In this document: piece by piece, positions 26,833-35,735 of the stretch
How the letters are laid out: every line of letters starts with the position of its first letter
Numbering within the stretch: position 1 is the stretch's first letter
Source: a virus
Reading direction: 5' to 3' (one strand)
Virus record (IMG/VR): IMGVR_UViG_3300005617_000028
Location: 65,140-129,139 of that record
Length of the DNA: 64,000 bases
The notes under the pieces: generated by a model
What the model saw: the letters and a program-made list of their open reading frames with translations, nothing else
What the model was told of the DNA's origin: nothing
Database searches by the model: none
Program-made: the position numbers and the translations under genes

Positions 26833-27084
26833 ATGGATCACGTAGCGCCCATCGGGCAGGTCCGGCGCAGGCTGGCTGGTGTCGTGGAACGCGCCACGCG
26901 ACATGAGTCCACCATCATTACTCGGAACGGTGTTGAGGTCGCCGCGGTGGTGCCCGTTTCGTTGTTGCGGGAGTGGCGTTTGTGGGAAGAGCAGCACGTT
27001 TTGGCCACGGCCGCTGAGCGGGCGGGTGAGTCGACGTATTCCTTGAATCAGGTTCTCGCTGAGGTGGCAGGTACTGAGACGTGA
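26833..27084 (+). CDS. Phd/YefM-family antitoxin (orphan)
   Basis: IGQVRRRLAGVVERA....TIITRNG..VAAVVP. Confidence 0.8.
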   Translation: MDHVAPIGQVRRRLAGVVERATRHESTIITRNGVEVAAVVPVSLLREWRLWEEQHVLATAAERAGESTYSLNQVLAEVAGTET

Positions 27085-27326
27085 AGGCACCCACGTGCGC
27101 GCAGTGTGGCGCGGCTGATCAGGAGCTGCGACCGTACGGCCCGGGCGGCTCGATGACCTGTTTCGACTGTGCGATGGCCAGCCCGGAGCGCATGGAGGCC
27201 ACTGGGGCCGCGTTCGGCGCGCTGCTGGCGGCGGCCGAGGCGGTCAGTCCGGTCGGTGTCGCTGTCGTCGGCCAGGAGTCCGGGCCCGCGCCGTACGAGC
27301 CGGAGGCCACCCAGACCTGCGGCTAG
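27081..27326 (+). CDS. Small Zn-finger protein
   Basis: CAQCG...ELRPYGPGG...CFDCAM. Confidence 0.65.
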   Translation: MKAPTCAQCGAADQELRPYGPGGSMTCFDCAMASPERMEATGAAFGALLAAAEAVSPVGVAVVGQESGPAPYEPEATQTCG

Positions 27327-27598
27327 TCGGTCGCGACACCATCCGCCGTTGTACTCGCGTCAATAACCGCCCTCGTCCGGATTGCTAGGAGCTGGCCGAC
27401 GCGAGCGCGGCTCATACCCATCACGGCGGCGATCTGGGCATGGGTCATGCCGGCGGTGACCATGTCGTTCATCGCCTCGCGCCGCAGTGCTGACAGCTCA
27501 CCGATGACTGTCTGGTGGTAGTCGATCAGTGTGCTGGCGCGTACGGCCCGTTCGGCCGGGTCGATGAGGCCGCTGAGCGTGTCGAGTGGGTCGTCCAC
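27323..27598 (-). CDS. HTH DNA-binding protein
   Basis: GMTHAQIAAVMGMSRARVGQLL. Confidence 0.75.
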   Translation of the reverse strand: MDDPLDTLSGLIDPAERAVRASTLIDYHQTVIGELSALRREAMNDMVTAGMTHAQIAAVMGMSRARVGQLLAIRTRAVIDASTTADGVATD

Positions 27599-27819
27599 GG
27601 GGCCAGGCTAGTCCCGGATTCGAGGTCCGGCCAAGGGGGGTTGCGTGCTGTCTGGCGCCAACTCCCGGGCCGGTTCCGTGGTCGCCACCACGTGTCGCGC
27701 CAACGTGGTCTTGCCACCATCGGTGGTGTGGCGTCCGCCGTCAACGCCAGACACGGTATTAGGCTGTTGACCTGCGTAAACAAGAGCTGTTCGGCCGCTG
27801 TCGCGGGCCGGGGGTCGTG

Positions 27820-27835
27820 TAATACGCTCGTATTA
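27820..27835 (+). promoter_or_regulatory. Palindromic operator overlapping the RHH gene start
   Basis: TAATAC-GCTC-GTATTA. Confidence 0.5.
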
Positions 27836-28140
27836 TGACCAATGATCGTCGCCCCGCTGGTGTACCGGAGCCGCTGGGCCTGTCCGGCCTGTTGGCCCTG
27901 GATCGTGAGGGCTTTCTGGAGTATTACCGGGCTGGCGGGGACATGAGCGCGTTGACTCCGTTCACCGCTGCGTGGCGGGACACCGCGGACGACACGATGC
28001 GAGTCATCACGGTGCGCCTGCCTCGCATCCTGCTGGGCCGCTTGGACAAGCTGGTCGGCGCCCGCAACCGGGAGGGCCGCTCCGGGCTGATCCGGACTGC
28101 GATTGAGGAGTACCTGCACCGACTGGAGTCAGGCCTGTGA
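27835..28140 (+). CDS. Ribbon-helix-helix (CopG-like) protein
   Basis: MRVITVRLP..LL.RLD.L.......RSGLIRTAIEEYL. Confidence 0.8.
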   Translation: MTNDRRPAGVPEPLGLSGLLALDREGFLEYYRAGGDMSALTPFTAAWRDTADDTMRVITVRLPRILLGRLDKLVGARNREGRSGLIRTAIEEYLHRLESGL

Positions 28141-28388
28141 CCAGCCCACAGCGTGAAGACCTGGTGCGTCAGGCGCGCGAGCTGCGTCGCCGCATTGACC
28201 GCCTGAACGCCGACTTGGTGGCCGCGTACGCCGAGCGGCGCGAACTGATGCTCACGATGGACCAGGTGATGACCCGACGCGCTTCTGCTGCCGTCTGGGG
28301 CCTGTCCAATGTGGCTGTCACCCACACCGTCAACCGTGACCGGTTCGGTCGCGCATCCGCTAGCCCACCCACCGAAGGAGAATCCTGA
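28137..28388 (+). CDS. Coiled-coil/HTH-like small protein
   Basis: Coupled to the resolvase; MTRRASAAVWGLSNVAV. Confidence 0.55.
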   Translation: MTSPQREDLVRQARELRRRIDRLNADLVAAYAERRELMLTMDQVMTRRASAAVWGLSNVAVTHTVNRDRFGRASASPPTEGES

Positions 28389-28978
28389 TGGCTGAGAAGG
28401 TGGGCTATGCCCGGGTCAGCACCAAAGACCAGAACCTCGCCCGCCAGCTGAGCGCGCTCACCGCGGAAGGCTGCACCCGCATCTTCCAGGAGAAGAGGAG
28501 CGGTAAGCGCGGGACCGAACGGCCCCAGCTGGAGGCCGCCCTGGACTACCTGCGGGAGGGTGACACCCTCGTGGTCACCGAGCTGGCCCGGCTGGGCCGT
28601 TCGACAAAGCACCTGATCGAGCTGCTGCTCACCTTCGGCATGCGGGGCATCAACCTGCGCTCGCTCAACGGCGCCATCGACACGACCACCGCGATGGGCC
28701 GTCTGGTGTTTCACATCGCGGCCGCGTTCGCCGAGTTCGAGCGGGACATCATCGCCGAACGTGCCGATGAGGGCCGGGCCGCGGCGAAGGAGCGCGGCGA
28801 AACCGGTGGCCGGCCGCTGGCGGACCCGCGCAAACTGGAGGCCGCGCGGCTGCTGGTGGAGGGTGGGATGTCGCAGAAGCAGGCTGCGTACCAGGTCGGT
28901 ATCGGCCGGACCACGCTGGCCCGGCACGGCATCCGCACCCCGGTCGTTGGCGCACCGGATAGCGAAGCCGCCGCCTGA
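28388..28978 (+). CDS. Small serine recombinase (resolvase/invertase family)
   Basis: GYARVST.DQ, LREGDTLVV..L.RLGRS, AFAEFER..I.ER, GGRP, C-terminal HTH. Confidence 0.95.
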   Translation: MAEKVGYARVSTKDQNLARQLSALTAEGCTRIFQEKRSGKRGTERPQLEAALDYLREGDTLVVTELARLGRSTKHLIELLLTFGMRGINLRSLNGAIDTTTAMGRLVFHIAAAFAEFERDIIAERADEGRAAAKERGETGGRPLADPRKLEAARLLVEGGMSQKQAAYQVGIGRTTLARHGIRTPVVGAPDSEAAA

Positions 28979-29352
28979 TGGTTCCGCCGGACGGGTGGGA
29001 CCGGTACGCGGCGGCGTTGGCGGAGCGGTGCCCGGAGTGCGGCGCCGCTCGCGGTGAGCCGTGCGTCTACATGCCGGTGAAGGGCGTCGACTCCGCGTTC
29101 GTCCACTACCTGTCGGCCGCGCGGCAGGCCCAGGTCGCCCGGGTGGGCACGCCCACCAAGCGCCCGCACAACGCCCGGCTCAACCGGGCCAGCGATCGCG
29201 TCTACCGGGCCGCCCGACGACACCAACGCAATACGGTCACCCAGGCCAGCGCCGTCCGGCGCGCCGCCGCCCGGGCCGAGGTCGAGTTCGACCGCCGCGA
29301 ACACCAGCGGCTGCGGGCCTGGCTCGTGCGTAACGCTGGGCTGTTCCGATAG
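28978..29352 (+). CDS. Zn-finger hypothetical protein
   Basis: CPECGA..GEPC...H.AR. Confidence 0.6.
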   Translation: MVPPDGWDRYAAALAERCPECGAARGEPCVYMPVKGVDSAFVHYLSAARQAQVARVGTPTKRPHNARLNRASDRVYRAARRHQRNTVTQASAVRRAAARAEVEFDRREHQRLRAWLVRNAGLFR

Positions 29353-29372
29353 CAAGACACACCTGCGGGTGC

Positions 29373-29413
29373 TGTTTAGCGATTTGACAGTTGACCTGTG
29401 TAGCCGCTAAACA
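29373..29413 (+). promoter_or_regulatory. Inverted repeat flanking TTGACA upstream of the hicB-like gene
   Basis: TGTTTAGCG ... CGCTAAACA. Confidence 0.55.
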
Positions 29414-29418
29414 TCATC

Positions 29419-29814
29419 ATGAGCTACGGACCCCATCTTGTGCGCGTCTGGCGCGAAGACGAAGGCGGCTGGTCGGCCGCTGCGGTCGACGTCGATGGCG
29501 CCTTCACCGCCGGCGACAGTTTGGCCGAGGTGGAACGCCAGATCCGGGAGTCCATCGCGGCACGATTGGATCTTCCGCGCGGCGCGGAAGCTGATATGAC
29601 CGTCACGTTCGAGGTCAGCATCGACAACGGTGGTCCTGTTGACCAACTGGTCAGCACCGCCCGCGCCGCCCGCGAAGCCGCCACCCGGGCCGCCGCAGCC
29701 ACCGAGGCCGCGGTGACCGAGCTACGCGGGCGTGGTGTGTCTGTGCGGGACGTCAGTCGCCTCGTTGGAGTGACCCCTGGGCGTGTTTCCCAGCTGGGGA
29801 GAGGCGCGGCGTGA
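29419..29814 (+). CDS. HicB-like antitoxin with C-terminal HTH (orphan)
   Basis: EGGWSA....V.GAFT.GDSL.EV...IRESIA; GVSVRDVSRLVGVTPGRVSQL. Confidence 0.75.
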   Translation: MSYGPHLVRVWREDEGGWSAAAVDVDGAFTAGDSLAEVERQIRESIAARLDLPRGAEADMTVTFEVSIDNGGPVDQLVSTARAAREAATRAAAATEAAVTELRGRGVSVRDVSRLVGVTPGRVSQLGRGAA

Positions 29815-30059
29815 GGCTCGGCACCGCGCGCCAGACCAAGGTGTGCGCGTCCAACGGTGACCGGCTGTGGCGTACCGCGATCGTCGGGGCGGTCGCCATG
29901 GGGGTCACCTGCGACTGGTGCGGCAGCGCGGGTGGCCTCTGCCGGCTCTACGCCTACAACTGGGGTCACCGGGTGAATTCGTTCTACGCCAGCAAGAGCA
30001 ATGGCTGGTTCTGCTCGTTGCACTGTTGGGGCCAACGACACGGCTTCACTGACTTGTAA
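29811..30059 (+). CDS. Small Zn-binding protein
   Basis: CDWCG...FCS..C. Confidence 0.55.
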   Translation: MRLGTARQTKVCASNGDRLWRTAIVGAVAMGVTCDWCGSAGGLCRLYAYNWGHRVNSFYASKSNGWFCSLHCWGQRHGFTDL

Positions 30060-30088
30060 CGTGCAGACAGCACACGGAGAAGTAGCTA

Positions 30089-30343
30089 ATGGTGAATGAG
30101 CCGCGTAGTAGGTTTCACGTTGTCGCCTTCGTTACCACAAGGTTCGAGATTGACGTGGACGCCAGAGACAGCGCTGACGCGGCCGTGGCGCTGGGCGACA
30201 TGATTCGCAGCGGCGAGCTGTGGCCAGCTGTGGACCGAACCGAACTCGGTATCACCGATCTTCGGGTGCAGCGGTGTGATGATGAGGCTGACGGCGTTAC
30301 CCAAATGGACGCCCAGCTGTTGGACAAACAGCCCCCGCCGTGA
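30089..30343 (+). CDS. Hypothetical protein
   Basis: GGAG RBS. Confidence 0.6.
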   Translation: MVNEPRSRFHVVAFVTTRFEIDVDARDSADAAVALGDMIRSGELWPAVDRTELGITDLRVQRCDDEADGVTQMDAQLLDKQPPP

Positions 30344-30367
30344 GTAGCAACCATAGGGCAGCAGACA

Positions 30368-30892
30368 TTGCGCACCTTCCAGTTTGCCGAGAGACACCCA
30401 CCGGGTGACGGGCCGTGGCGGGATGAACCCGACAAGGCCCAGTGGGTCGACGAGAAGACCGGGCTGGACTGCCTGATCGTCCGCGGGCCATTCGGCGCGT
30501 TGTGTGGCTATGTCGGCCTGCCGCCGGAACATCCGTGGCACGGCGCCGGGCATAAGATGAAGCTGCTCGCGAAGGTGAGGGTGCACGGCGGCCTCACCTT
30601 CGCGTCGTACTGCCAGGAGGGTGCGGAGGACGGGCCGGGCGTATGTCATGTGCCTGAGCCGGGGCGTCCTGAACACCCCTGGTGGATCGGGTTCGACTGC
30701 TGTCATCCCTATGACCACCAGCCTGGTCTGCACTCCGTGCTGGCTTTGGTGGGCATTCAAACGGCGTTGGCGAAGATGCAGACCTACCGCACCTTCCACT
30801 ACGTCCAGGTGCAGGTGACTCGCCTCGCGGCTCAGGCCGCTGCCGCAAAGCCTCGACGGGGCGCGGCGACCCCGCGCGTTGACTGTAGGTGA
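30368..30892 (+). CDS. Conserved phage hypothetical protein
   Basis: PW.DEPD, GALCGYVG.P..HPW, VHGGLTF, WWIGFDC.H. Confidence 0.75.
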   Translation: MRTFQFAERHPPGDGPWRDEPDKAQWVDEKTGLDCLIVRGPFGALCGYVGLPPEHPWHGAGHKMKLLAKVRVHGGLTFASYCQEGAEDGPGVCHVPEPGRPEHPWWIGFDCCHPYDHQPGLHSVLALVGIQTALAKMQTYRTFHYVQVQVTRLAAQAAAAKPRRGAATPRVDCR

Positions 30893-30919
30893 TCTCTCCG
30901 TTGCACTACGCTGCGCACC

Positions 30920-31219
30920 GTGGAAGTCGTCCTGGAGATGCTGCGGTTGGACCAGTGGCGACGCCTTGGTGGGGTGGGGGAGGCCGAGCCGCCGGGCTCG
31001 CTGTCGTGGACGGTCGCCGGCCACCGCGACGTCTACATGTTCGGCTTCTACGAGGGTGTTGCCGGCGTGTGGCGCAGTACCGGGGGCATCGACACGGCGA
31101 ACGCCGTGGTTCGGGACATCATCAGTGAAGGGGTGGAGAAGCTGTCCGATCTGGCCCAGCCGTTTGTGCTGCCCAGCGACGACCGCGGTATCCGGGTCAG
31201 GATGCGGCTGATCAGCTGA
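30920..31219 (+). CDS. Hypothetical protein
   Basis: ORF. Confidence 0.5.
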   Translation: MEVVLEMLRLDQWRRLGGVGEAEPPGSLSWTVAGHRDVYMFGFYEGVAGVWRSTGGIDTANAVVRDIISEGVEKLSDLAQPFVLPSDDRGIRVRMRLIS

Positions 31220-31592
31220 CCTGCGCGGCCTGTGCTTCGCAGTCCCAGCCCGGTTCCGGGTCGATGACCCGGTCGCCGCAGTTCGGGATCTTGCAGCTGT
31301 ACACGACGTGGCCGCCGCAGGAACAGATGATCCAGGTGATGATTGCCCGGGTGGCTGACCCGCCACTGAGGGAATGGCCGTGGCGGCACCGCTCGGGCAC
31401 GGACCCGACCATCTCCCGCACCGAGGTGTAGCGCAGCGTCGTGACCAGCGGGTCGGCGCGGGCTTTCTCCACCAGGTGGCGCAGCTGGGCCGCCGTGTCG
31501 ACGCGGACCTGGTGTGTGCGGCCACCGGTGGGTGAGTCGGCGGCCCGGTCCCAGCCGATGGTGACCTCCCACCGGCGCGTCCATTCGTGCAC
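31212..31592 (-). CDS. Cys-containing hypothetical protein
   Basis: P.RC..GH...W..CSCGGH....C...C. Confidence 0.6.
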   Translation of the reverse strand: MHEWTRRWEVTIGWDRAADSPTGGRTHQVRVDTAAQLRHLVEKARADPLVTTLRYTSVREMVGSVPERCRHGHSLSGGSATRAIITWIICSCGGHVVYSCKIPNCGDRVIDPEPGWDCEAQAAQVS

Positions 31593-31730
31593 CCCGGTTA
31601 CGGTAGTCGAACGTGCGTGCGAATCTCAACCGGCACGCCGATCTGACCGGATATACCACTCCGCATCCTTAATCTCACGTAACGTGGCTTCTGCAGAGTC
31701 GGGCCGGGAGATGTGTGAGGAGCGAAACCT

Positions 31731-32240
31731 GTGGCGAAAACCGCTGCCGCCGTTGCCGAAGTACCTGTTGTGCCTGCCCAGTCGACCGGGCCGGCCTCGG
31801 CCGGTGGCCCTGTTGTCGACGACGGTGACGGGTCTGCCCCGCCGGTACGGCACCGCGTGACGAAGGTCCGTAAGACGGTCCTGGCCAACGGCTCCGAGGC
31901 CTACGGCTGCGCGGCCTGCTCGTACACCGACGCCACCCGCGACCGGGTGCGCACTCACTTCCAGAGGGCGCACGGGGACACCGTCACGCCGGCCCCACCC
32001 GCGGCCGCCGCCCCACCCCGCCGGCTGAGCATCACCGCCGACGCCGCTGCCGTCACCCTCGCCGAGCTGATGCAGCTGGCCAGCAGCGCCAACCAGTGGG
32101 CGGTTCTGCTCGAACAGATGCGAGAGCAGCGCGACCAGTACCGGGACCGGGCCCTCACCGCGGAGGCGGAACTACGTCGGATGCGGGTCGGGATGGAACG
32201 CCTCGGATTCGTCGTCAAGACCGATGACGATGATGACTGA
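31731..32240 (+). CDS. C2H2 Zn-finger plus coiled-coil protein
   Basis: GAGGAG RBS; YGCAACSY......VRTHFQRAH. Confidence 0.7.
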   Translation: MAKTAAAVAEVPVVPAQSTGPASAGGPVVDDGDGSAPPVRHRVTKVRKTVLANGSEAYGCAACSYTDATRDRVRTHFQRAHGDTVTPAPPAAAAPPRRLSITADAAAVTLAELMQLASSANQWAVLLEQMREQRDQYRDRALTAEAELRRMRVGMERLGFVVKTDDDDD

Positions 32241-32590
32241 TGGCACGCGCGAAGCGGCTCAAGCTGGAAGTCGACAGTCGTACCGGTGCGATGTCCACCT
32301 CGGTGTTGATGTGCCGGTTCAACAATCATGCGTGGGAGTACATCCCGCTCACGCCGGCGCGGCGCCAAGAACTGAAGCGGCTTGGTATGACCGAGTTCCT
32401 GTTTGTGTGTATGCGCTGCACCAGTTCAAAGTCGGAACTGTGTGATCTCGACGGCACGGTCCTCTCCCGTGCCGGCAGCAAATACTGCGACGGGTACCTG
32501 GTGGCGGATAAAGGTACCGGCCGGCTGCGTCGGGTGGACGCGCGCAAAGCGTTCTATGTGCGTGTCGAACCCGACCTGGTTGACGGCTAG
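32240..32590 (+). CDS. Zn-binding hypothetical protein
   Basis: TGATG-coupled; CR...HAW...CMRC...Y.DGYL. Confidence 0.65.
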   Translation: MARAKRLKLEVDSRTGAMSTSVLMCRFNNHAWEYIPLTPARRQELKRLGMTEFLFVCMRCTSSKSELCDLDGTVLSRAGSKYCDGYLVADKGTGRLRRVDARKAFYVRVEPDLVDG

Positions 32591-32597
32591 GTCAGCG

Positions 32598-32915
32598 ATG
32601 CCTTCCCATCAGGTCGGTGACCCGGTTACCCGCAAGGTGCGGCTATTGTCACGGCCATGTCCGTCATGCGTGATGTTCCCCGATGACCGGGTGCATCTGG
32701 GACAACAGCGACGGCGGGCCTTCATCCAGGCGGCTCTGGACAAGGACTCCTACGTGGTCTGCCACGAGACCCTGGTAGCCGGAGTTCTGCCTGCTGTGTG
32801 CCGCGGATTCTTCAATGTCCACCGGCGTGACACCTTTCCACTTCGTCTGATGGTGGTGCTCGACCTGTGCGCGGAGGTGGACCCGCCGGAACACCCCCGT
32901 TCGGATCTCGCCTGA
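32598..32915 (+). CDS. Cys/His hypothetical protein
   Basis: CPSC...CHETL...CRGFF. Confidence 0.65.
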   Translation: MPSHQVGDPVTRKVRLLSRPCPSCVMFPDDRVHLGQQRRRAFIQAALDKDSYVVCHETLVAGVLPAVCRGFFNVHRRDTFPLRLMVVLDLCAEVDPPEHPRSDLA

Positions 32916-32969
32916 GCCCCTGACCTGCGTGTACTGTCGCCAGCTGTAGAGGAATGGGGGTGGCGACCT

Positions 32970-34439
32970 GTGGCGGCATGGGAGAACAAAAACCGGATGA
33001 TGTGCGGCCGGTGCCAGCTACTCCTGAACACCTACGTGCACCCGGACGGCTCCACCGAATACGAGCACACCCGTATCTGGGAAGAACACGACCACGAGCC
33101 CGTCCCGGTGCCCGCCACCGGCCGGTTGGACAGTCTCAGCTGCGATTTCTGCGGCCAGCGCGGCCCCAAATACTTCTATGTCGCTGACAGTGACATTGAA
33201 GCGCGGTTCGGCAATAAGGTCATCGAATACGGGCGGATATGGTCGGCCTGTGTGGACTGTGATGTGTTTCTGCGCCGAGGCGATCTGGTCGGCCTAGGCC
33301 AGCATTGTCGTGGCATTCACCGCTCCGACCAACTGATCATTAAGGCTATTGAGCGTGAGCGTGGACGCCCCGTCACCCCGCAGGAGATGGCCAGCGTTGC
33401 CGCTGACCGCGACCGGGTCCACGCGCTGTTCTTGTCGGCCAACCCCCGTCGCAGCCTGATCCCGCCACCCCCGCCGCCGCCCAGACCGTTGACACCGTCA
33501 CGGCTGCCCCGGGTCCAGGACCGGCTGGTGCAGTACTGGAGTGGCGACGTGGTCCGCAGCGTTCTCGACACGCCCAAACTGCCGGAGTCGGTACTCATAC
33601 CAGGAGAGGACCTGGACAGCGCCCGCTTCTGCCACCTGCTCGACCGGGTGTCCACCCAGGCCGCGAACCGATTCTGTGACCGGATGGTCCACGCCACCAC
33701 CGAAGCCGGGCTGTACTGGAGCAGCAGCGAATTCACCGCTCTGGCCGTTGGAGCGGGCGCCAAACTGCCCGACCTGTCGGTCACCGCTGACGAGATGCCC
33801 GAACCCCACGGCCTGATCGTCTACGCCGATCCCGTCGCTGCCATCAAAGGCGACAAGCTCGTCGTCGCGCTTGGCTGGACTACCGTCCCCGGCGGGGTGT
33901 GGTGCGTCCTGTACGGCCAACCTGAGCAGGTCTTCCCCGACATCGACCGGGGCAAGCTGCGCGCGGATATGGGCTTCCTCAGCGCGATGAGCCTCGGTGG
34001 CGGCCTGCAGTTCGGGCTGCACCTGCGCCCCGACGAGGACGCCAGCGGCAAGGTCCGGGCCGGGGTTGAGGTGTGGGCGACGTTGCTGGCCACCTGGTTT
34101 CTGATGCGTCAGCCCGGCGTCGCCGCCGTCACCGACCATGTCCTGGAGAAGAAGGAGACGGCCCGGTACCGCCGCGCTGGGCGCCCCACGCCCCGGGTCC
34201 GGCTGGTGGACCTGCGCCGCCAACCCAGCCGCGAGCAGGCCGGCGGCGACCCGACCGGGCGGACCTTCCACTACAGCGTCCGGTTCCTGGTCGGCGGTAA
34301 GACCGGCGGGTTCTGGCGCGACCAGGCCTACGGCCCCGGCCGCTCCCTGCGCTATCGGCGCTGGATTGCGCCGTTCCTGAAAGGTCCCCAGGACGCGCCG
34401 CTGCAGCCGACGCCGCCGGTGGTCAACATCCTGCGATGA
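32970..34439 (+). CDS. Large multi-domain hypothetical protein
   Basis: N-terminal CDFC/WSAC..C Zn module; C-terminal G.WR.Q.YG....WIAPF.KGP..AP motif. Confidence 0.75.
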   Translation: MAAWENKNRMMCGRCQLLLNTYVHPDGSTEYEHTRIWEEHDHEPVPVPATGRLDSLSCDFCGQRGPKYFYVADSDIEARFGNKVIEYGRIWSACVDCDVFLRRGDLVGLGQHCRGIHRSDQLIIKAIERERGRPVTPQEMASVAADRDRVHALFLSANPRRSLIPPPPPPPRPLTPSRLPRVQDRLVQYWSGDVVRSVLDTPKLPESVLIPGEDLDSARFCHLLDRVSTQAANRFCDRMVHATTEAGLYWSSSEFTALAVGAGAKLPDLSVTADEMPEPHGLIVYADPVAAIKGDKLVVALGWTTVPGGVWCVLYGQPEQVFPDIDRGKLRADMGFLSAMSLGGGLQFGLHLRPDEDASGKVRAGVEVWATLLATWFLMRQPGVAAVTDHVLEKKETARYRRAGRPTPRVRLVDLRRQPSREQAGGDPTGRTFHYSVRFLVGGKTGGFWRDQAYGPGRSLRYRRWIAPFLKGPQDAPLQPTPPVVNILR

Positions 34440-34446
34440 TTCTGCT

Positions 34447-34704
34447 GTGGCCGCCTTCGAACTACTCGTACAGCTGGTGTACAGCATCAACCGCCACGTG
34501 GCCCGCACCATGCTGGTGGCCGTTCCCCGCGGCCTGCGCAGCCGGTATGCCCGCTACCGGATCCGCGAACTGCTCGCATTCCACACCGCGCTGGCCGGAG
34601 CCCGCGCCGGCTCCGACACCCCGCCGACACCAGCCCTGCGATACCTCGACGCGCAGATCGCATCGTGGGTGGCGTTTCTCATCGACAGCGAGCGGCAGCG
34701 CTGA
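34447..34704 (+). CDS. Hypothetical protein
   Basis: ORF fills the gap before the SbcC gene. Confidence 0.45.
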   Translation: MAAFELLVQLVYSINRHVARTMLVAVPRGLRSRYARYRIRELLAFHTALAGARAGSDTPPTPALRYLDAQIASWVAFLIDSERQR

Positions 34705-34734
34705 AAACAGGCCACCGCGCCGGTAGTAGACGGC

Positions 34735-35691
34735 GTGATCACGTTTGTCTCGGCACGCAACTGGCAGAGCCTGCGCTCGGTGGATCTGAGCCTGGGCCGG
34801 TTCACCGTCATTGTCGGCCCGTCCAACAGCGGAAAGAGCGCTCTGGTGCGCGCCCTGCGCGCGGTGGCCAGCAACGTCCGCGGCGGCGGCAACGTCACCC
34901 GTGGCGCCCGGGCCGCCGCGGTGGCCGTCACCACCAGCGCCGGGCACATCGTCACCCTTGAACGCTCCGCCACCGCCGGCAGCTACCGCATCGTCAACCC
35001 CGACGGCACGGAAGACACCTACACCAGCCTCGCCGGCGCCGTCCCGGAGGCAGTCACTCGGGCGCTGGGCATCCAACCCATCCCCGCCGGCGGTACCTCC
35101 ATCAACGTGGCTGGCCAGCTCGACCCGCCCTACCTGCTCGCCGACACCGGCGCCACCGTCGCCCGGGAGCTGGGGGAGCTGACCAACGTCACCACCATCT
35201 TCGCCGCCGTCCGCGAAGGCGCCCGCCGCCGCACAGCGCTGGCCGGCCTGCTCAAAACTCGGGAAGCGGACCTGGTCACCGTCAGCGCCTCCGCGCAGGC
35301 CTTCGCCGCCCTACCCACCAGAATGGTCGGCTGCGCCGCCGCGGAGGAGGCCCTGCAACGCGCGCAGGCCGCCGCCAGCAAAGTGGCCCGGCTGCGCGCC
35401 GCCACCCAGAGCCTGGTCATCGCCGAAGAGGTCCTGGCCCGCACCGCCGTCCCCGACGTACCGTCTTTCGACGCTGTGCACGCCGCCCACACCCGGCTGG
35501 TTCGGTTCCGGGCCGTCATCACCGCGGCCACCACCGCCCACAACGCCGTGTGGACCACCACCGCGGCCGCCGACCAGGCCCACGCCGACGAAGCGGCCAC
35601 CGACCAGCAGCTGCATGACGCACTGGTCGCCCTGGGCACCTGCCCCACCTGCCGCCAGCCCATCCGGAAACCGTCGCCGGTACGCCGGTAG
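34735..35691 (+). CDS. Rad50/SbcC-like ATPase, N-terminal half (Walker A, coiled coil, Zn hook)
   Basis: RNWQS, VGPSNSGKSAL, Q-loop NVAGQLD, coil, terminal CPTC; no Walker B. Confidence 0.85.
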   Translation: MITFVSARNWQSLRSVDLSLGRFTVIVGPSNSGKSALVRALRAVASNVRGGGNVTRGARAAAVAVTTSAGHIVTLERSATAGSYRIVNPDGTEDTYTSLAGAVPEAVTRALGIQPIPAGGTSINVAGQLDPPYLLADTGATVARELGELTNVTTIFAAVREGARRRTALAGLLKTREADLVTVSASAQAFAALPTRMVGCAAAEEALQRAQAAASKVARLRAATQSLVIAEEVLARTAVPDVPSFDAVHAAHTRLVRFRAVITAATTAHNAVWTTTAAADQAHADEAATDQQLHDALVALGTCPTCRQPIRKPSPVRR

Positions 35692-35735
35692 AGGTCACTG
35701 TGAGGTCCACCTCACCCAAGACGGGAGGCGCACCG

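Noticed and set aside
28388-28978. Tn3-family transposon or phage integrase
   Set aside because: No transposase or terminal inverted repeats seen; the protein lacks the large C-terminal recombinase/Zn domains of serine integrases.
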